From: a virus
Strand: one strand, 5' to 3'
Virus record (IMG/VR): IMGVR_UViG_3300030399_000348
Length of the DNA stretch: 64,000 nucleotides
Part shown: piece by piece, positions 20,515 to 31,000 of the stretch
How the letters are laid out: each line of letters begins with the position of its first letter
Position numbering within the stretch: the stretch's first letter is position 1
Program-made: the position numbers and the translations under genes
The notes under the pieces: generated by a model
The model's database searches: none
Seen by the model: the letters and a program-made list of their open reading frames with translations, nothing else
Told to the model about the DNA's origin: nothing

Positions 20515-23500
20515 TTATAACTGCGTTACTATCTCCGAGGAAGCGTCTTCTACGACGCCGCCGAGGAACGAAATGGTTGCGGTTTGAGCCAGAACCGAGT
20601 TCGCCTCAAGCACGCAGCTTCCCTGAGTTATAAAATCTGCCGTGACCGTGACGCTGCTGTTCAATTCCGCCTGAGCCACAATCGCAAATGGGGGCGCTAC
20701 TGGAAATCCGCTTTCCTGCAACCCAGTCGTATTGTGTGTTTGAAGCGTCAAGTTCGATCCACGTTCCACAACGAAAAACGGAGCGATGCTCGTAGCCAGC
20801 GGGTCGATAGCGAGGTTTACACCCGTGGCACTGATGCTTGTTCCGCCCGTACCGATCATCTGACCGAGGCCGGAGTTACTCATGGTGATGGTGCCTCCAT
20901 CAATAACCACGCCACACGCTTCCTCAAAAGACCCCGCTTGAAGGTTGTCCGTCCAACTGCAATTCACAAATTGAACATCGGCGTTTCTCGCCTTAATCGC
21001 AGTGCCTTGGAACCCCTTGAACAGGATGCCGTTAAAGATCACGCGACTCGTATCGGTGTAGAACGCATACGTCGGCCCTGTCCCTGTGCCCGCGAATCCC
21101 GTAGCATCAATGACCGCCTGATCTGTCGCTCCCGATTGAATCGAGATAACCAAACGACCCTCACCCTGAATCACGCGGGACAGATTAGCCAAGGCGAACG
21201 CGAAGAGACTTTCGCTCACACCATCTCCAAGCGTAATTTCTTCCAACCCACCTGCGCTTTGAATGTTGGTGACGTTGTACGCCACTCCCGTATCCGCAAG
21301 CTCAATAACGCATGGGAAGCTGAGGACAGGCGGTAATTCGTTCATCGCGGACAGAATTGTCAGCTTCGCCGTCGCCAACGAGAGACCGCTGTTGCTGTCG
21401 AGACCCGTGACGTTGTTGACATACAGCGTGATGGGGGCGGTGGTGGCCTGTAAGTTCACGCCCAGCACGGAGCGGGCGGTCGGCGGGGCGATGGCAAAGC
21501 CCAGATGTGGGACTGCCGTTGCGAATCCCCTACCGCCAGTGGATACGGCTATGAAACGCACCGACTTACGGATATCCTTGTTGATTGGCGGAATGAAGTC
21601 ATTGGTGTGCATCGGAGCCAAAAACGTGTGCTCGACGTTGTTCACCCGCATCGCCACGAAATTTGAATCGAAGAATGTTTCGAGCGCGGCGTTGGCGAGC
21701 GTAGCATCGCTCCAGCCCGGTTGTGCTGGCATCATGATCGTAATCGGCAATTCGCGATTGTACGGGTAGATATCCTGCAACCCAACGATAGGAGCAGCGC
21801 CCGTACCGTTGGTTGTGATGAGGGCGTTGTCTTCGGCGTGCACGAATTCATAGTCGCGGTTCAACACACCTTCGCCTTGATATGGGATGTAGTGCATCTC
21901 GACGATCAGACTTGAGGCGGGGTCGAATGCGGGGAGAATTGATCCGACGAAGAAGAACTGAGACGTTGCGTAATTACCCGGAACAATCAAGGTGATGACG
22001 CCGTTGTTGATGGTGATGTTGGTCGCTGGAATACTCACAGCAGTGAGGTTGGGCGTAGGTGTCGCACCATCGGAAACCCAGATGAATCGAGTTCCGGTAT
22101 CGTCTCCCGCAATGCCTTTGATGCTGCACCCCGTGGATAAAGTCGTAATGACTGGCTGTTGAGCCGCCAAGACAATCGTGGTGGTGGGGTTTGTGAGCGA
22201 GTTATTGTACGTGTTGGAAACCACCTGCACACGTTGATCCATCGTAAAGAAAGGTCCGCTGTAGTTGCCAAACAGAACCGTTTCCTCAATTTCAGTGACA
22301 CCCTTGACTGGGGCATTGTAGGCCAGTTGAGCGGTGTTCTGTGCGATGAAAGAGACGACCACTGTAGATGACGTGGAAACTGCCTTCTGAATTGTCAGAA
22401 CGTAGTTGTTTCCGCTTATCACGCGGTTTGAAATAGGGTAGGACACACCCGTCAATAAATCCCACGCAGTGACGCCGTACAGCCCGTTCACAGACTCATT
22501 GAGATCAAGGCGAGGGATAATGAACTGGGTGTACACTTGGCTGCCTAGCGTCTGCGGTATCCCCGAAGAGCCCGGGATTTGTACCCAGATTCGAGTGCCG
22601 AGAACCGTATCCGAATACTCGGGGTTGAGCGCCCAAACTTGATACGCCTGCAATGCAAGCTGCGATGACTGTACTTCATACTCCGAAACCCCATACACAG
22701 GCATCGTGATCCCCGTGGAGGCGTCAAACAACTGACCCCCATCGATCACATACGGAACATGGACAAGGCCGCTCCCACCTGCGGGGTATTGGACCCCGAT
22801 TGTGGCGTAGATGTTGTTCGCGCCGGGATCGAACGCAGTTCCACTCAGCGGATCGGTCAACTGTACGGTCACCGACTTGGAGCCCAAACCATTGATTGTT
22901 ACCTGCCCCTTCAACAAAGCGGCGGGTGAAATGGTGTTTGTCGATGGGTTGGTCACCAGTGCGGTTATGGCGACGGACTGAATAGTCGCCGACGAACTGG
23001 TGGGTAGGGTAATCGTGAATGCATCCCCCTGAGGTGGTCCGCTGACCCACGGCGTACCGTTGCTGCCGAGGGATTTGCTGCTGGTCGAAATTGCTATGGT
23101 CGAAGTAAAGGTGCGGAGGTCACTGCTGAAGCCGTTTGAAAATCCGTCCCACGCACCAATCGTGTTAGTGTTGATGATGCCTGCGGGAGCCACAGAAACG
23201 TAGTAGTTCAACCGTGAGCCGACGTTTTCCGCCACGGTTGGGGAAACTGCCGCGTCTCCACGAGAGATCGCGAGTTGAGTTTCGCCTTGCACCAGATCAC
23301 CAAACCCGTAACGGCAGAGAGCGTCCATGTCGTAACCAGCGAGGTTGATAGTCGAGCGAGTGTCCACCACGTTGTCTTGGAAAATCTGATCGGCGAGACG
23401 GGAGTCGAACCGTCCCGAGATGCCCGAAGAAAGCAAGCCGTTGGTGCCTGACGTGATGGGGAAAGGTGGGTTGGCGTTCGCGCTGCCCCAAAAATTGTTA

Positions 23501-24417
23501 ACGATGTCGAAATTGCCCGAGTTCTTCACGAAGATGACAGCAAGTGGGAAAGCGTAGCTGTAGCCGTCCATGGTGCCGAGTGAGTTGAACACGTTGCCGT
23601 CGCCAGCACGCCATACGCCAGTGTCGCCGTTGAGCGAACCCATGTTCGTGTATGTGGCTGGGTTTCCACCAATCGTGGTGACGGGAGCCGATTGACCCGC
23701 CTGCGGGTACACCGCCATCGGAATGTTTGGAAATGCGGGGGTTGCCGACGACGGATCGAGGCCGAACTGGAACTGCGTGAAGTCGTAGTTGAGCCCCACC
23801 CGCTGAACGCTAATACGCCATTGAATCTGAGCACGCTCCGTGGTGAACAGCCCTTGGAAAGGATCGACCGAATCGTCGAGGAATTGCGCCAACGTAGCAT
23901 TCGTCGATACGGGATTGACCCCGCCATACGGATAGAAGTACCGCAGTCCCGTGGTCGGATCGGTGTAATATCCCTGCCCCGTCTGCGGGTTCAACGATTG
24001 ATACCAGACTTCGACAAATGCGATGTAGAGTCTTGCGTCCTCTTCCTGCGTGCCCGGAGACCACACCGGAGGGGTGGGCGGCGATACTGCGTTGAGCGTC
24101 AAGGCGGATGAGTTGCTGCCTTGGATCGTAATCACTTCGCCGTTGAAAAGGATATCGAAGGACGGAACATAGAACGTGTTCGAGACCAAAGGCGCAAACT
24201 GAAATGGGGTGTAGGTCAGACAGCCCGATGTGACTTGATCGTCGAGGAGTCGCTGGCGTTTGTAATCCTGAAGGTCCTGAATCAGGTTGATGTCGGCGTC
24301 AGTGATCTGACGGTCGTGCATACCAACGACGGTTACGAGGTTCTTCCCGGAAGGATCGAGGGTGCGCGAACAAACCGTTGGATACGTTTTTTGCCAATCG
24401 TATGTAGAAAAAGACAT
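20515..24417 (-). CDS. large tail/baseplate-associated structural protein with C-terminal beta-helix-like region
   Basis: 1300 aa. N-terminal DADINLIQDLQ motif. LYVNNVTGLDSNSGLSLATAKLTI segment typical of beta-helix starts in tail-spike proteins. Confidence 0.6.
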   Translation of the reverse strand: MSFSTYDWQKTYPTVCSRTLDPSGKNLVTVVGMHDRQITDADINLIQDLQDYKRQRLLDDQVTSGCLTYTPFQFAPLVSNTFYVPSFDILFNGEVITIQGSNSSALTLNAVSPPTPPVWSPGTQEEDARLYIAFVEVWYQSLNPQTGQGYYTDPTTGLRYFYPYGGVNPVSTNATLAQFLDDSVDPFQGLFTTERAQIQWRISVQRVGLNYDFTQFQFGLDPSSATPAFPNIPMAVYPQAGQSAPVTTIGGNPATYTNMGSLNGDTGVWRAGDGNVFNSLGTMDGYSYAFPLAVIFVKNSGNFDIVNNFWGSANANPPFPITSGTNGLLSSGISGRFDSRLADQIFQDNVVDTRSTINLAGYDMDALCRYGFGDLVQGETQLAISRGDAAVSPTVAENVGSRLNYYVSVAPAGIINTNTIGAWDGFSNGFSSDLRTFTSTIAISTSSKSLGSNGTPWVSGPPQGDAFTITLPTSSSATIQSVAITALVTNPSTNTISPAALLKGQVTINGLGSKSVTVQLTDPLSGTAFDPGANNIYATIGVQYPAGGSGLVHVPYVIDGGQLFDASTGITMPVYGVSEYEVQSSQLALQAYQVWALNPEYSDTVLGTRIWVQIPGSSGIPQTLGSQVYTQFIIPRLDLNESVNGLYGVTAWDLLTGVSYPISNRVISGNNYVLTIQKAVSTSSTVVVSFIAQNTAQLAYNAPVKGVTEIEETVLFGNYSGPFFTMDQRVQVVSNTYNNSLTNPTTTIVLAAQQPVITTLSTGCSIKGIAGDDTGTRFIWVSDGATPTPNLTAVSIPATNITINNGVITLIVPGNYATSQFFFVGSILPAFDPASSLIVEMHYIPYQGEGVLNRDYEFVHAEDNALITTNGTGAAPIVGLQDIYPYNRELPITIMMPAQPGWSDATLANAALETFFDSNFVAMRVNNVEHTFLAPMHTNDFIPPINKDIRKSVRFIAVSTGGRGFATAVPHLGFAIAPPTARSVLGVNLQATTAPITLYVNNVTGLDSNSGLSLATAKLTILSAMNELPPVLSFPCVIELADTGVAYNVTNIQSAGGLEEITLGDGVSESLFAFALANLSRVIQGEGRLVISIQSGATDQAVIDATGFAGTGTGPTYAFYTDTSRVIFNGILFKGFQGTAIKARNADVQFVNCSWTDNLQAGSFEEACGVVIDGGTITMSNSGLGQMIGTGGTSISATGVNLAIDPLATSIAPFFVVERGSNLTLQTHNTTGLQESGFPVAPPFAIVAQAELNSSVTVTADFITQGSCVLEANSVLAQTATISFLGGVVEDASSEIVTQL

Positions 24418-25184
24418 TACACGTTCGCCTTTAGCACGTTTTTGTTGTCACAGTGCTGAATGATTTTCCTTAGGTGAGCAAGAAAAGCTTCCGTAGACAT
24501 CACCCGTTTCATGGAATTACACACGAAACAGGCCGAGACTACGTTGCCCTCTACATATCCAATCGAATTGTTCAAACGATCAATTCCGTTATACACAAGG
24601 GTTCCCTTGCAATTCTTTATCCGAGCTACTTGAAGCGGCTCTACGCCACAAAAGTGACAGTTGCCGTGAATGAGTTCGTCAAAGCGGGCATCTGAAATTT
24701 CCCAGACCAACTCACGCTCTGCCGCACACTTCTTGTATTCCGAAAGCCGTGCATTTCGGACGGCTTGTCCAGCGGGTAGGTAGTTTTCACACCCGCAATT
24801 ATCTTTTCCTGCGCGTAGGTCCTTACCCATGACCTTGATGATCTTTCCGCAGTCACACTTGCATTCCCACACGGCATTAACGCCGCTCTGCCGTTCTTGG
24901 TCGCCGTACTTCTTAGACCCCGCCCGCCAAAGAACAAACAGACTGCCAAACCGTTGATTCACAAGGCTGAACCGTTTCTCCAGCTTTGCTTTACGGAATC
25001 TCTGAGTGGCACAACCACAACTCTTGACTCGACCATCGACTAGGCTGTCCTCTCGAACAGGCTTTACGGTGCCGCATGTGCAGCGGACAATCCATGTCTT
25101 GTGCTTGCCTTGGGGCTCCCCCGGACCTCTGACGATCAGTAGTCCAAACTGTTGATTCGTTAGGTTCCTGTTCAATGCCCGCAT
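24417..25184 (-). CDS. HNH homing endonuclease
   Basis: Two LTNQQFG.L.V...W..RC.CG...SCGC repeats, then CHFCG...NGIDRLNNSIGYVEGNVVSACFVCNSMK. Confidence 0.9.
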   Translation of the reverse strand: MRALNRNLTNQQFGLLIVRGPGEPQGKHKTWIVRCTCGTVKPVREDSLVDGRVKSCGCATQRFRKAKLEKRFSLVNQRFGSLFVLWRAGSKKYGDQERQSGVNAVWECKCDCGKIIKVMGKDLRAGKDNCGCENYLPAGQAVRNARLSEYKKCAAERELVWEISDARFDELIHGNCHFCGVEPLQVARIKNCKGTLVYNGIDRLNNSIGYVEGNVVSACFVCNSMKRVMSTEAFLAHLRKIIQHCDNKNVLKANV

Positions 25185-25280
25185 ATAGTCGCTCTGTCAA
25201 AGAGCAACGATAGTCGGAAAACTTCAAACTACCGACGCCACGAAAATTTCAGCCTTTGCTTCTCCTCTATAGGAGCACCC

Positions 25281-25910
25281 ATGCCGCCAGCGAATTACGA
25301 CTATCTCGATCAGAACATTGTCGCTACCTGTCTGATTCAGGCATACAATAACGACTCCTTCTACAACCCGACGACCAACAATCATTCTGGTTTCGCCGCT
25401 GATGGGACTTTTTACCTCAACGGGGTGCAGCAATTGGGTGACGGGTCGCCTCCGGGTCCGATCTACGCCTCGTGGTACACGGAGTTCTTCAGCCCAACGG
25501 CGAGCGGGCCCGAACCGTCGCGTGACTTTCGTGCAGCATTCCCCACCTATGGTGTAATACTGCTTTCCCCCGTGGCTATGACGATTTTAGATGAGAGTAC
25601 GCCCGTGCCACAGTCGAACGAATTGAAGCTGTGGATGCAGTTCGCTATCGCGGACGGCTACATGATGACCGACAACTACGTGTCAGCCTTGAACCCGCCT
25701 GTACTGGCGATTCAAGGATTCACCCCATCAGGGCTGTCGTATGCCGATGGAATCATCTCGATCACCTACACGCCCGACTCCGGTAACCAGCCGCCTGCTC
25801 TAGCGGGCAGTCCCGTGCCCGAGCCGCAACCGGGCGACTCCGCGCAATCCCACATGGTTGTAAGTATTGATTTCAGCCAAGATGCGGCTTACGTGGACGT
25901 GGCGCTCTAA
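25281..25910 (+). CDS. hypothetical protein (opposite strand to the virion operon)
   Basis: AGGAG SD, 209 aa, Pro/Ser-rich composition like the virion genes. Confidence 0.75.
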   Translation: MPPANYDYLDQNIVATCLIQAYNNDSFYNPTTNNHSGFAADGTFYLNGVQQLGDGSPPGPIYASWYTEFFSPTASGPEPSRDFRAAFPTYGVILLSPVAMTILDESTPVPQSNELKLWMQFAIADGYMMTDNYVSALNPPVLAIQGFTPSGLSYADGIISITYTPDSGNQPPALAGSPVPEPQPGDSAQSHMVVSIDFSQDAAYVDVAL

Positions 25911-25972
25911 TCGCAGAGTAAAACGAAGTTGAGCATGATTCCACTGATGTTAACTGTGATTTCAGTGGCGCT

Positions 25973-26767
25973 CTAATCGAGGATCGACGTGAAGTCCAGA
26001 TGGGCTTCGTGAACCACCCCACCCCGACACGCGATGGAGCCCCTGCGTGCCAAAGTATCCCATTGAAATTGAGCATTCGCGAATAGCGAACGGGCGTAGG
26101 CGTAATGCAGGAGAAGCTGTGCGAGGTTGTCGCCTGAGGAGTTCGTAGTCCAGATCGACGCACAGGCCGCGTCGTGCGTGCTGGCGAAGCTCATGGCGTC
26201 GGAGGTATCGGGGAGAGTCCCCACGGGGACTGGTGGAACCGTCTGATGTCCGACCGTCATGCCGCCCTCCTGCGTAACGAGATCAAAGAAGAACGCATAC
26301 GGACGGGAGCGGTCGGTGTAATCTGGGCAGTACGCCGCAACTTCGCGCTTGGCGTGACCGAGGACACCGTTGGTAGCCATCTGAATCTGAGCGTCGATGC
26401 TCTCGGGTTGATTTAGGAAGTTCACCCAACGAGCCTTCGCCCCGGGGTCGAGATTGGTGCTGCCTGTCGTGAGGTAGTGCTGCTGAACCCACGCGATGGC
26501 GGCGGTGGGTTGAAGTGAGGCGAACTGCTGGATGTCTGAGGAGAAGAACGTTTTGGCTTTGTCCCAGCCCGTGGCGGCGGCGATATTCTTGATGAGGGTC
26601 TGGAGGGTGCCTTGCCCTGCGTTCCATTGCAGGATGCCTGCGGACATGCCTTGTCCGTCGAAGTTGCCGCTCAAGTCGGCGTAGGAAGCGGCTCCGCGAG
26701 CCTCGAACTTCCCCGAGATGCCTAAACACAGTTCCAGCAAGCTTTTATCGTCTAGCATGACCTTCAA
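25973..26767 (-). CDS. putative endolysin, lysozyme-like fold
   Basis: FE....Y..LSGNFDGQGMSAGILQWNAGQGTLQ and AFFFDLVTQEGG motifs resemble peptidoglycan hydrolases. Start may be the ATG at 26758. Confidence 0.6.
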   Translation of the reverse strand: MKVMLDDKSLLELCLGISGKFEARGAASYADLSGNFDGQGMSAGILQWNAGQGTLQTLIKNIAAATGWDKAKTFFSSDIQQFASLQPTAAIAWVQQHYLTTGSTNLDPGAKARWVNFLNQPESIDAQIQMATNGVLGHAKREVAAYCPDYTDRSRPYAFFFDLVTQEGGMTVGHQTVPPVPVGTLPDTSDAMSFASTHDAACASIWTTNSSGDNLAQLLLHYAYARSLFANAQFQWDTLARRGSIACRGGVVHEAHLDFTSILD

Positions 26768-26797
26768 TCCCTCTATTTGAGGGATTTGAAAGCCGTT

Positions 26798-27070
26798 TTA
26801 GCGGTTCCACCATTGATGATAATGGATGGCACAGGCGTAGAAACTGCGGATCGTGGTGAACACGAAGAACAGAACGATTGGAGCCATGCAATAGGCGGGG
26901 ATCAAAGCGCCTCGGGTCGTGTTGGTGTGGTTCTTGACCAGCTTGATGAGTTTGAAGGTCCAGACCACCGCAAGGGCGGACAGACCGATGGTCAGGGTGT
27001 GGAGCGTGGCGTCAATCGCGATTGCCAGATGCAGATGGTGCAGTACCCAGAGGCGAAGGAAGGGCAGCAT
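26798..27070 (-). CDS. small membrane protein (holin candidate)
   Basis: Two hydrophobic segments, directly upstream of the putative endolysin. Confidence 0.45.
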   Translation of the reverse strand: MLPFLRLWVLHHLHLAIAIDATLHTLTIGLSALAVVWTFKLIKLVKNHTNTTRGALIPAYCMAPIVLFFVFTTIRSFYACAIHYHQWWNR

Positions 27071-27372
27071 TAGCAGTGCGGCGTCTCGTTGTTGTAGACG
27101 GCCTCGATGCCCGTGTCGGACGCAGGTGGGATGGCGGCTTCAACGTCGCCGCGTTGCAACGTGGAAACTCCGTCATTGGGCACACGTGACGGCGCGGCTG
27201 TGGCCTTCGCCATTTCGAGTTCGACAATCTGCGCTCGCTTGGCAACGAAATCATGCAGGTGGAAAAGGATCATCCCCTCTTCGGGGTCGATGCCTGCCGC
27301 CGAATACCGCTTGATGACGGTCGTTAGGTACTCATGCAATTCAGGTGGTAAATCAACGCGGATTACTTTCAT
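27070..27372 (-). CDS. hypothetical protein
   Basis: 100 aa. TATCAT 6 nt before the ATG suggests a leaderless mRNA. Confidence 0.6.
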   Translation of the reverse strand: MKVIRVDLPPELHEYLTTVIKRYSAAGIDPEEGMILFHLHDFVAKRAQIVELEMAKATAAPSRVPNDGVSTLQRGDVEAAIPPASDTGIEAVYNNETPHC

Positions 27373-27384
27373 ACTTCTATGATA

Positions 27385-27921
27385 CTAATTTTCCGCAAGA
27401 ATGGGAAGCACAATTCCCATGTTGGGGAGTTCGATCATCACGGAGGTCATGGGGACGGTCGGAGCCACGATCTCCTCAGGCGTGAAGTACGCCCGCAGGG
27501 TGGTGGTCGGCGGCACGCCGAGGGTCTTGCAAACGTTCTTCGACCAGAGCCGCCAGCCAGTAGCGTACACCTTGGCGACCTTGGTAATGGTCATGCTAGG
27601 GCCATAGAACTTGGAATCGCCCGAAGCCATCAGAAGCAGATTTGTTTCGAGAGCCGCGAAGCCAGCTTTGTCGTTCTTGAAGATCACGTACCCCTGATGG
27701 TTGAGGCCGATCTGACCCTTGTAGGCGTGTGGCAGGCGGCTGCGGATGTCGCCCGGGTTGTGGTAGCGAGTAGGGACGGTGCCCTTGACGCCGAAGCCCT
27801 CAGCCTTGGCGATAGCGACCGCCAGAGAGTGCACCTTGTCGGTGTCCACCGCCTGTGCCCGAGCGAAAATCGGGGTGATCGTCAGAACAGCGAGTACCAG
27901 AAGTGCTCGTATGTTTTTCAT
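27385..27921 (-). CDS. exported lysozyme-like protein (NPG motif family)
   Basis: SD-preceded start MKNIRALLVLAVLTITPIFARA (signal peptide). AIAKAEG...RYHNPGDIR...F.....GFAAL...YA. Confidence 0.65.
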   Translation of the reverse strand: MKNIRALLVLAVLTITPIFARAQAVDTDKVHSLAVAIAKAEGFGVKGTVPTRYHNPGDIRSRLPHAYKGQIGLNHQGYVIFKNDKAGFAALETNLLLMASGDSKFYGPSMTITKVAKVYATGWRLWSKNVCKTLGVPPTTTLRAYFTPEEIVAPTVPMTSVMIELPNMGIVLPILAEN

Positions 27922-28004
27922 AGTCGTCCCCTTTCCCTCGTTCCATTTTACTATCGCTCCCACTATTATACCAGCCCATAATCGGGAAAAGATAGGAATT
28001 TGAC

Positions 28005-28076
28005 GTTGAAAACAAAGGACTTACTGGTTTTGTTGAAAGGAAAGGACTTACCCACGTGTTGAAAACAAAGGGGTTA
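28005..28076. repeat. three direct copies of a 19-bp motif GTTGAAA(A/G)(C/G)AAAGG(A/G)(C/G)TTA
   Basis: Copies at 28005-28023, 28032-28050 and 28058-28076 (period 27 and 26). Confidence 0.9.
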
Positions 28077-28078
28077 GG

Positions 28079-31000
28079 TTAGAAGAAAGATGCGAACCGG
28101 GTCGGAATATGTGGCTCGTAGATGAACTCGGTCGCCGAGATCGCCCTGCCGACGCAGATGATCCAGCCTACGGGACCGACTGCGGCATTCGGTGAACCCG
28201 TTATGAGGCTCGTAAAATCTTGGGTGACAACGCCGCCCAGCCCCGCATAGAGAAGACCGCCGACTGTGAAGTTAGCCCCTGCGACCGAGAACAACCCGCC
28301 ATATTCGGTCGCCACGGGAACGGGGTACACGATGGGTGTGCCCTGTGCTGATCCCGATGGTGCGGTGGTAATGCCGTCCGGGAAGGGGGCGAGTACCACG
28401 CCCGTATTGTCGATGGCGTAGAGCACGTAACCCGTATCGGCGGTTGGGGTGTAATTGGCGTGCGTGTAGGTCGCAAACGTGGCGGTGATGTGAGTGGCGT
28501 CCGTGCCAATAGCCTGCACAGTTGCCGCCTGACCGTTAATGAACCCCGCTGTGAGCACGCCCGCGAACGTAATCAGGTCTCCCGCGACTGAATTGTGGGC
28601 GTTGACAGTGACGACAACGGTGTGCGGGCCTACGATTTGAACACTGGAAATCAGAGGGATGGTCGGGTCTATGGGGGCGACGGTTCCATCGGGCTGAACG
28701 CTGACCACCACCAAGGCGGCTATCGGAGCATCCGACGTGAACTGGTCTGCTTCATCCGTGACGACCAAAGCAGTCGTGGCGACGGGGGTTGCGCTCGTCA
28801 AAAGCATACTGAAATAGCTGGTCGGAAGGACGTTCTGATTGACTCCAGTGTTCTGAGAAGCCATCACCTGCACCACATCCCCCACTGCAAAGTTTCCCGT
28901 GAAGGAAAACGGAACTGTCAGCGGATCGGCGGGAGAAGCCGTAGGGTCGGTGGTGATGGTGTAAATCGGAGTCCCGTTCTGAAGTACGGTGATGGTGTAG
29001 TTGCCCATCGTAGTCGCGTCCCAGACGACTTGCCCAAATCCCGCATAATCTCCTGCGGCTTGAATGGTGTAAGTGGTCGCGTTGGTGACGTTCCCCGTCA
29101 TGTCAAAGTCGATTTGGTCAAACGCCACGGCAACTGGCACCGAGGTCGTTGGCGTCGTATCACTAACAGCGGTGACATGGAAGCCTAACTGCTGTGCCGA
29201 GGCGAGGATGCTCTGGGCATTGGCGATCTGGTTGTTGAATTCCGTGGTGGCCTGCTGTAAGAAAAGGTTCAGACCCGCGAAGCTGATGTTCGTCCGCAAC
29301 ATGGCTATCTGTGTGGGGATCGGAAGTGCCTGAATATCGGGACGCGCCAAGAATGCATTGGCATTCAATTCAGTCGTGCCTGTCCAACCATTGTTCGCGC
29401 TGGTCGGCGGAATGATGTCCGAGTAAGCAACTACAGGGGCGGTCGGGATATTCAATAGCGGTGTCCCGGGCGTCCAACTACGGTTGCGGCTTGCGGCGTC
29501 TGCCGATACGATGTTGTAGTCCGTGGGACTGCCTAGCGGGTCAATTGCTGAGTCCAACGCACCCTCATACGTTACAACAAACGACACGAGGTATGGGTCC
29601 TGAGCCAGCAGCGTCAGGAGGTTGTAATTGAAAGTCCGCCAGAATTGCGTAAACCTGTCTACGAGAGTTGCCGTGGCGAATTGGTCGTAGACGTACTTGA
29701 ACTTCGGATACGGTGACTGATACGTTGTGTTGTTTGCAATGTTGAGAGTCGCCTGTGCCACAACTTCATCGAACACCGCCTTGATCGAAGTCGGGATGAT
29801 GACCGATACTGGGTACGCTGCCGTACCTGATCCCAGAATTTCACTCGTCGTAGTCGTGCCAACGGTGGTAGGCTTGTAATCCAAATCAGTGCCAGTGAAG
29901 CTCGAAAGATAGAGCGAATCACCGCCGCCATCCCAGAGTGCCGTTCGAGTGTAACCCAGCAAGGACGCCTCAACGTAGGACAATTTCCACAGGATGTTCA
30001 ATTGAGCTTGCGTGCCCGCACCTGCGGCGGTAAGCACGTCGATCAGCGGTATGTCTGCGGGCGTGTTCTGGTACACGATACCTGTGGGGAGAGGGGTCTG
30101 CCAAACACCAACGGGACTGGTATCGGGTTCTGATGCCGTGTTTGCGACGAGGGCGATGTAGAATACGTCGTTGTAGACAACCACGTCCCCAGCTAGATAG
30201 TTCGCAGTAACAGTCCAAGCACCTTCGTAAAAATCACCCAAGCTGCCGAGAACGTTGTTCCACGGAACGGGGTTGTTCGCCAGCGAAGTCAAAGAGGGTA
30301 CGATGTATTGATTGTAGGCCGCTTGGAAATTTGTGATCCAATTGCCGCCACGCCCATTACGGCAGATTTGCAGATAGAACAACCACGCGGATGTGATAAA
30401 CGGATCGTAGTTCGAGGCAACCACCTGTTCCAGCGTAATGAAGTGCACCAAATCCTTGCGAAGGTTTGCCTGCCGAACAACCAAATTCGGGTTGGTGTAA
30501 TCGGGATCGGTCGGCTCTATGGTGTCGCCACGGAGAGCGGGCGTGATGCTCACGATGTTGCTCTGGTATGTCGCGGCAGGCATCTGGTAGTTCGAGATGA
30601 TCGTGTGGGGGTCAGGCACCGCACCCAGCATGGATGAGTTAGGATTGAACGTAGACCCGTAGACTGGCGGTGTGGTGACCGCATCCATCTGCGCCGGGGT
30701 CTCAGTCCCAGTCGCTATAGTGCCGCCCAGTGGCGGGGTGAACAACCCCGAGGGATTGATAATCAACCCACCCAACGTGGTGAGCGAATTCGGGTAGCTG
30801 GTGGGATTGTTAGCCAAGCTCAAAAGATTGCACTGGCTAAACGAGAAGTTGAAGTTGAAATTCGGCAAGTTGCCGATTGACTTCGCGAAAGCCTGTAACG
30901 GCGAAAACTGAAATCCGTTCCAGTTGAAGTGTCCGCCCAGCAACACGGGGAGGGATGGTAGTTTCGGGAGATTCCAGTTGCAGATGTTGTTCAACAGGTT

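Noticed and set aside
28005-28076. Possible mini-CRISPR array
   Set aside because: Repeats are 19 bp with 7-8 bp spacers, and no cas genes are in the window.
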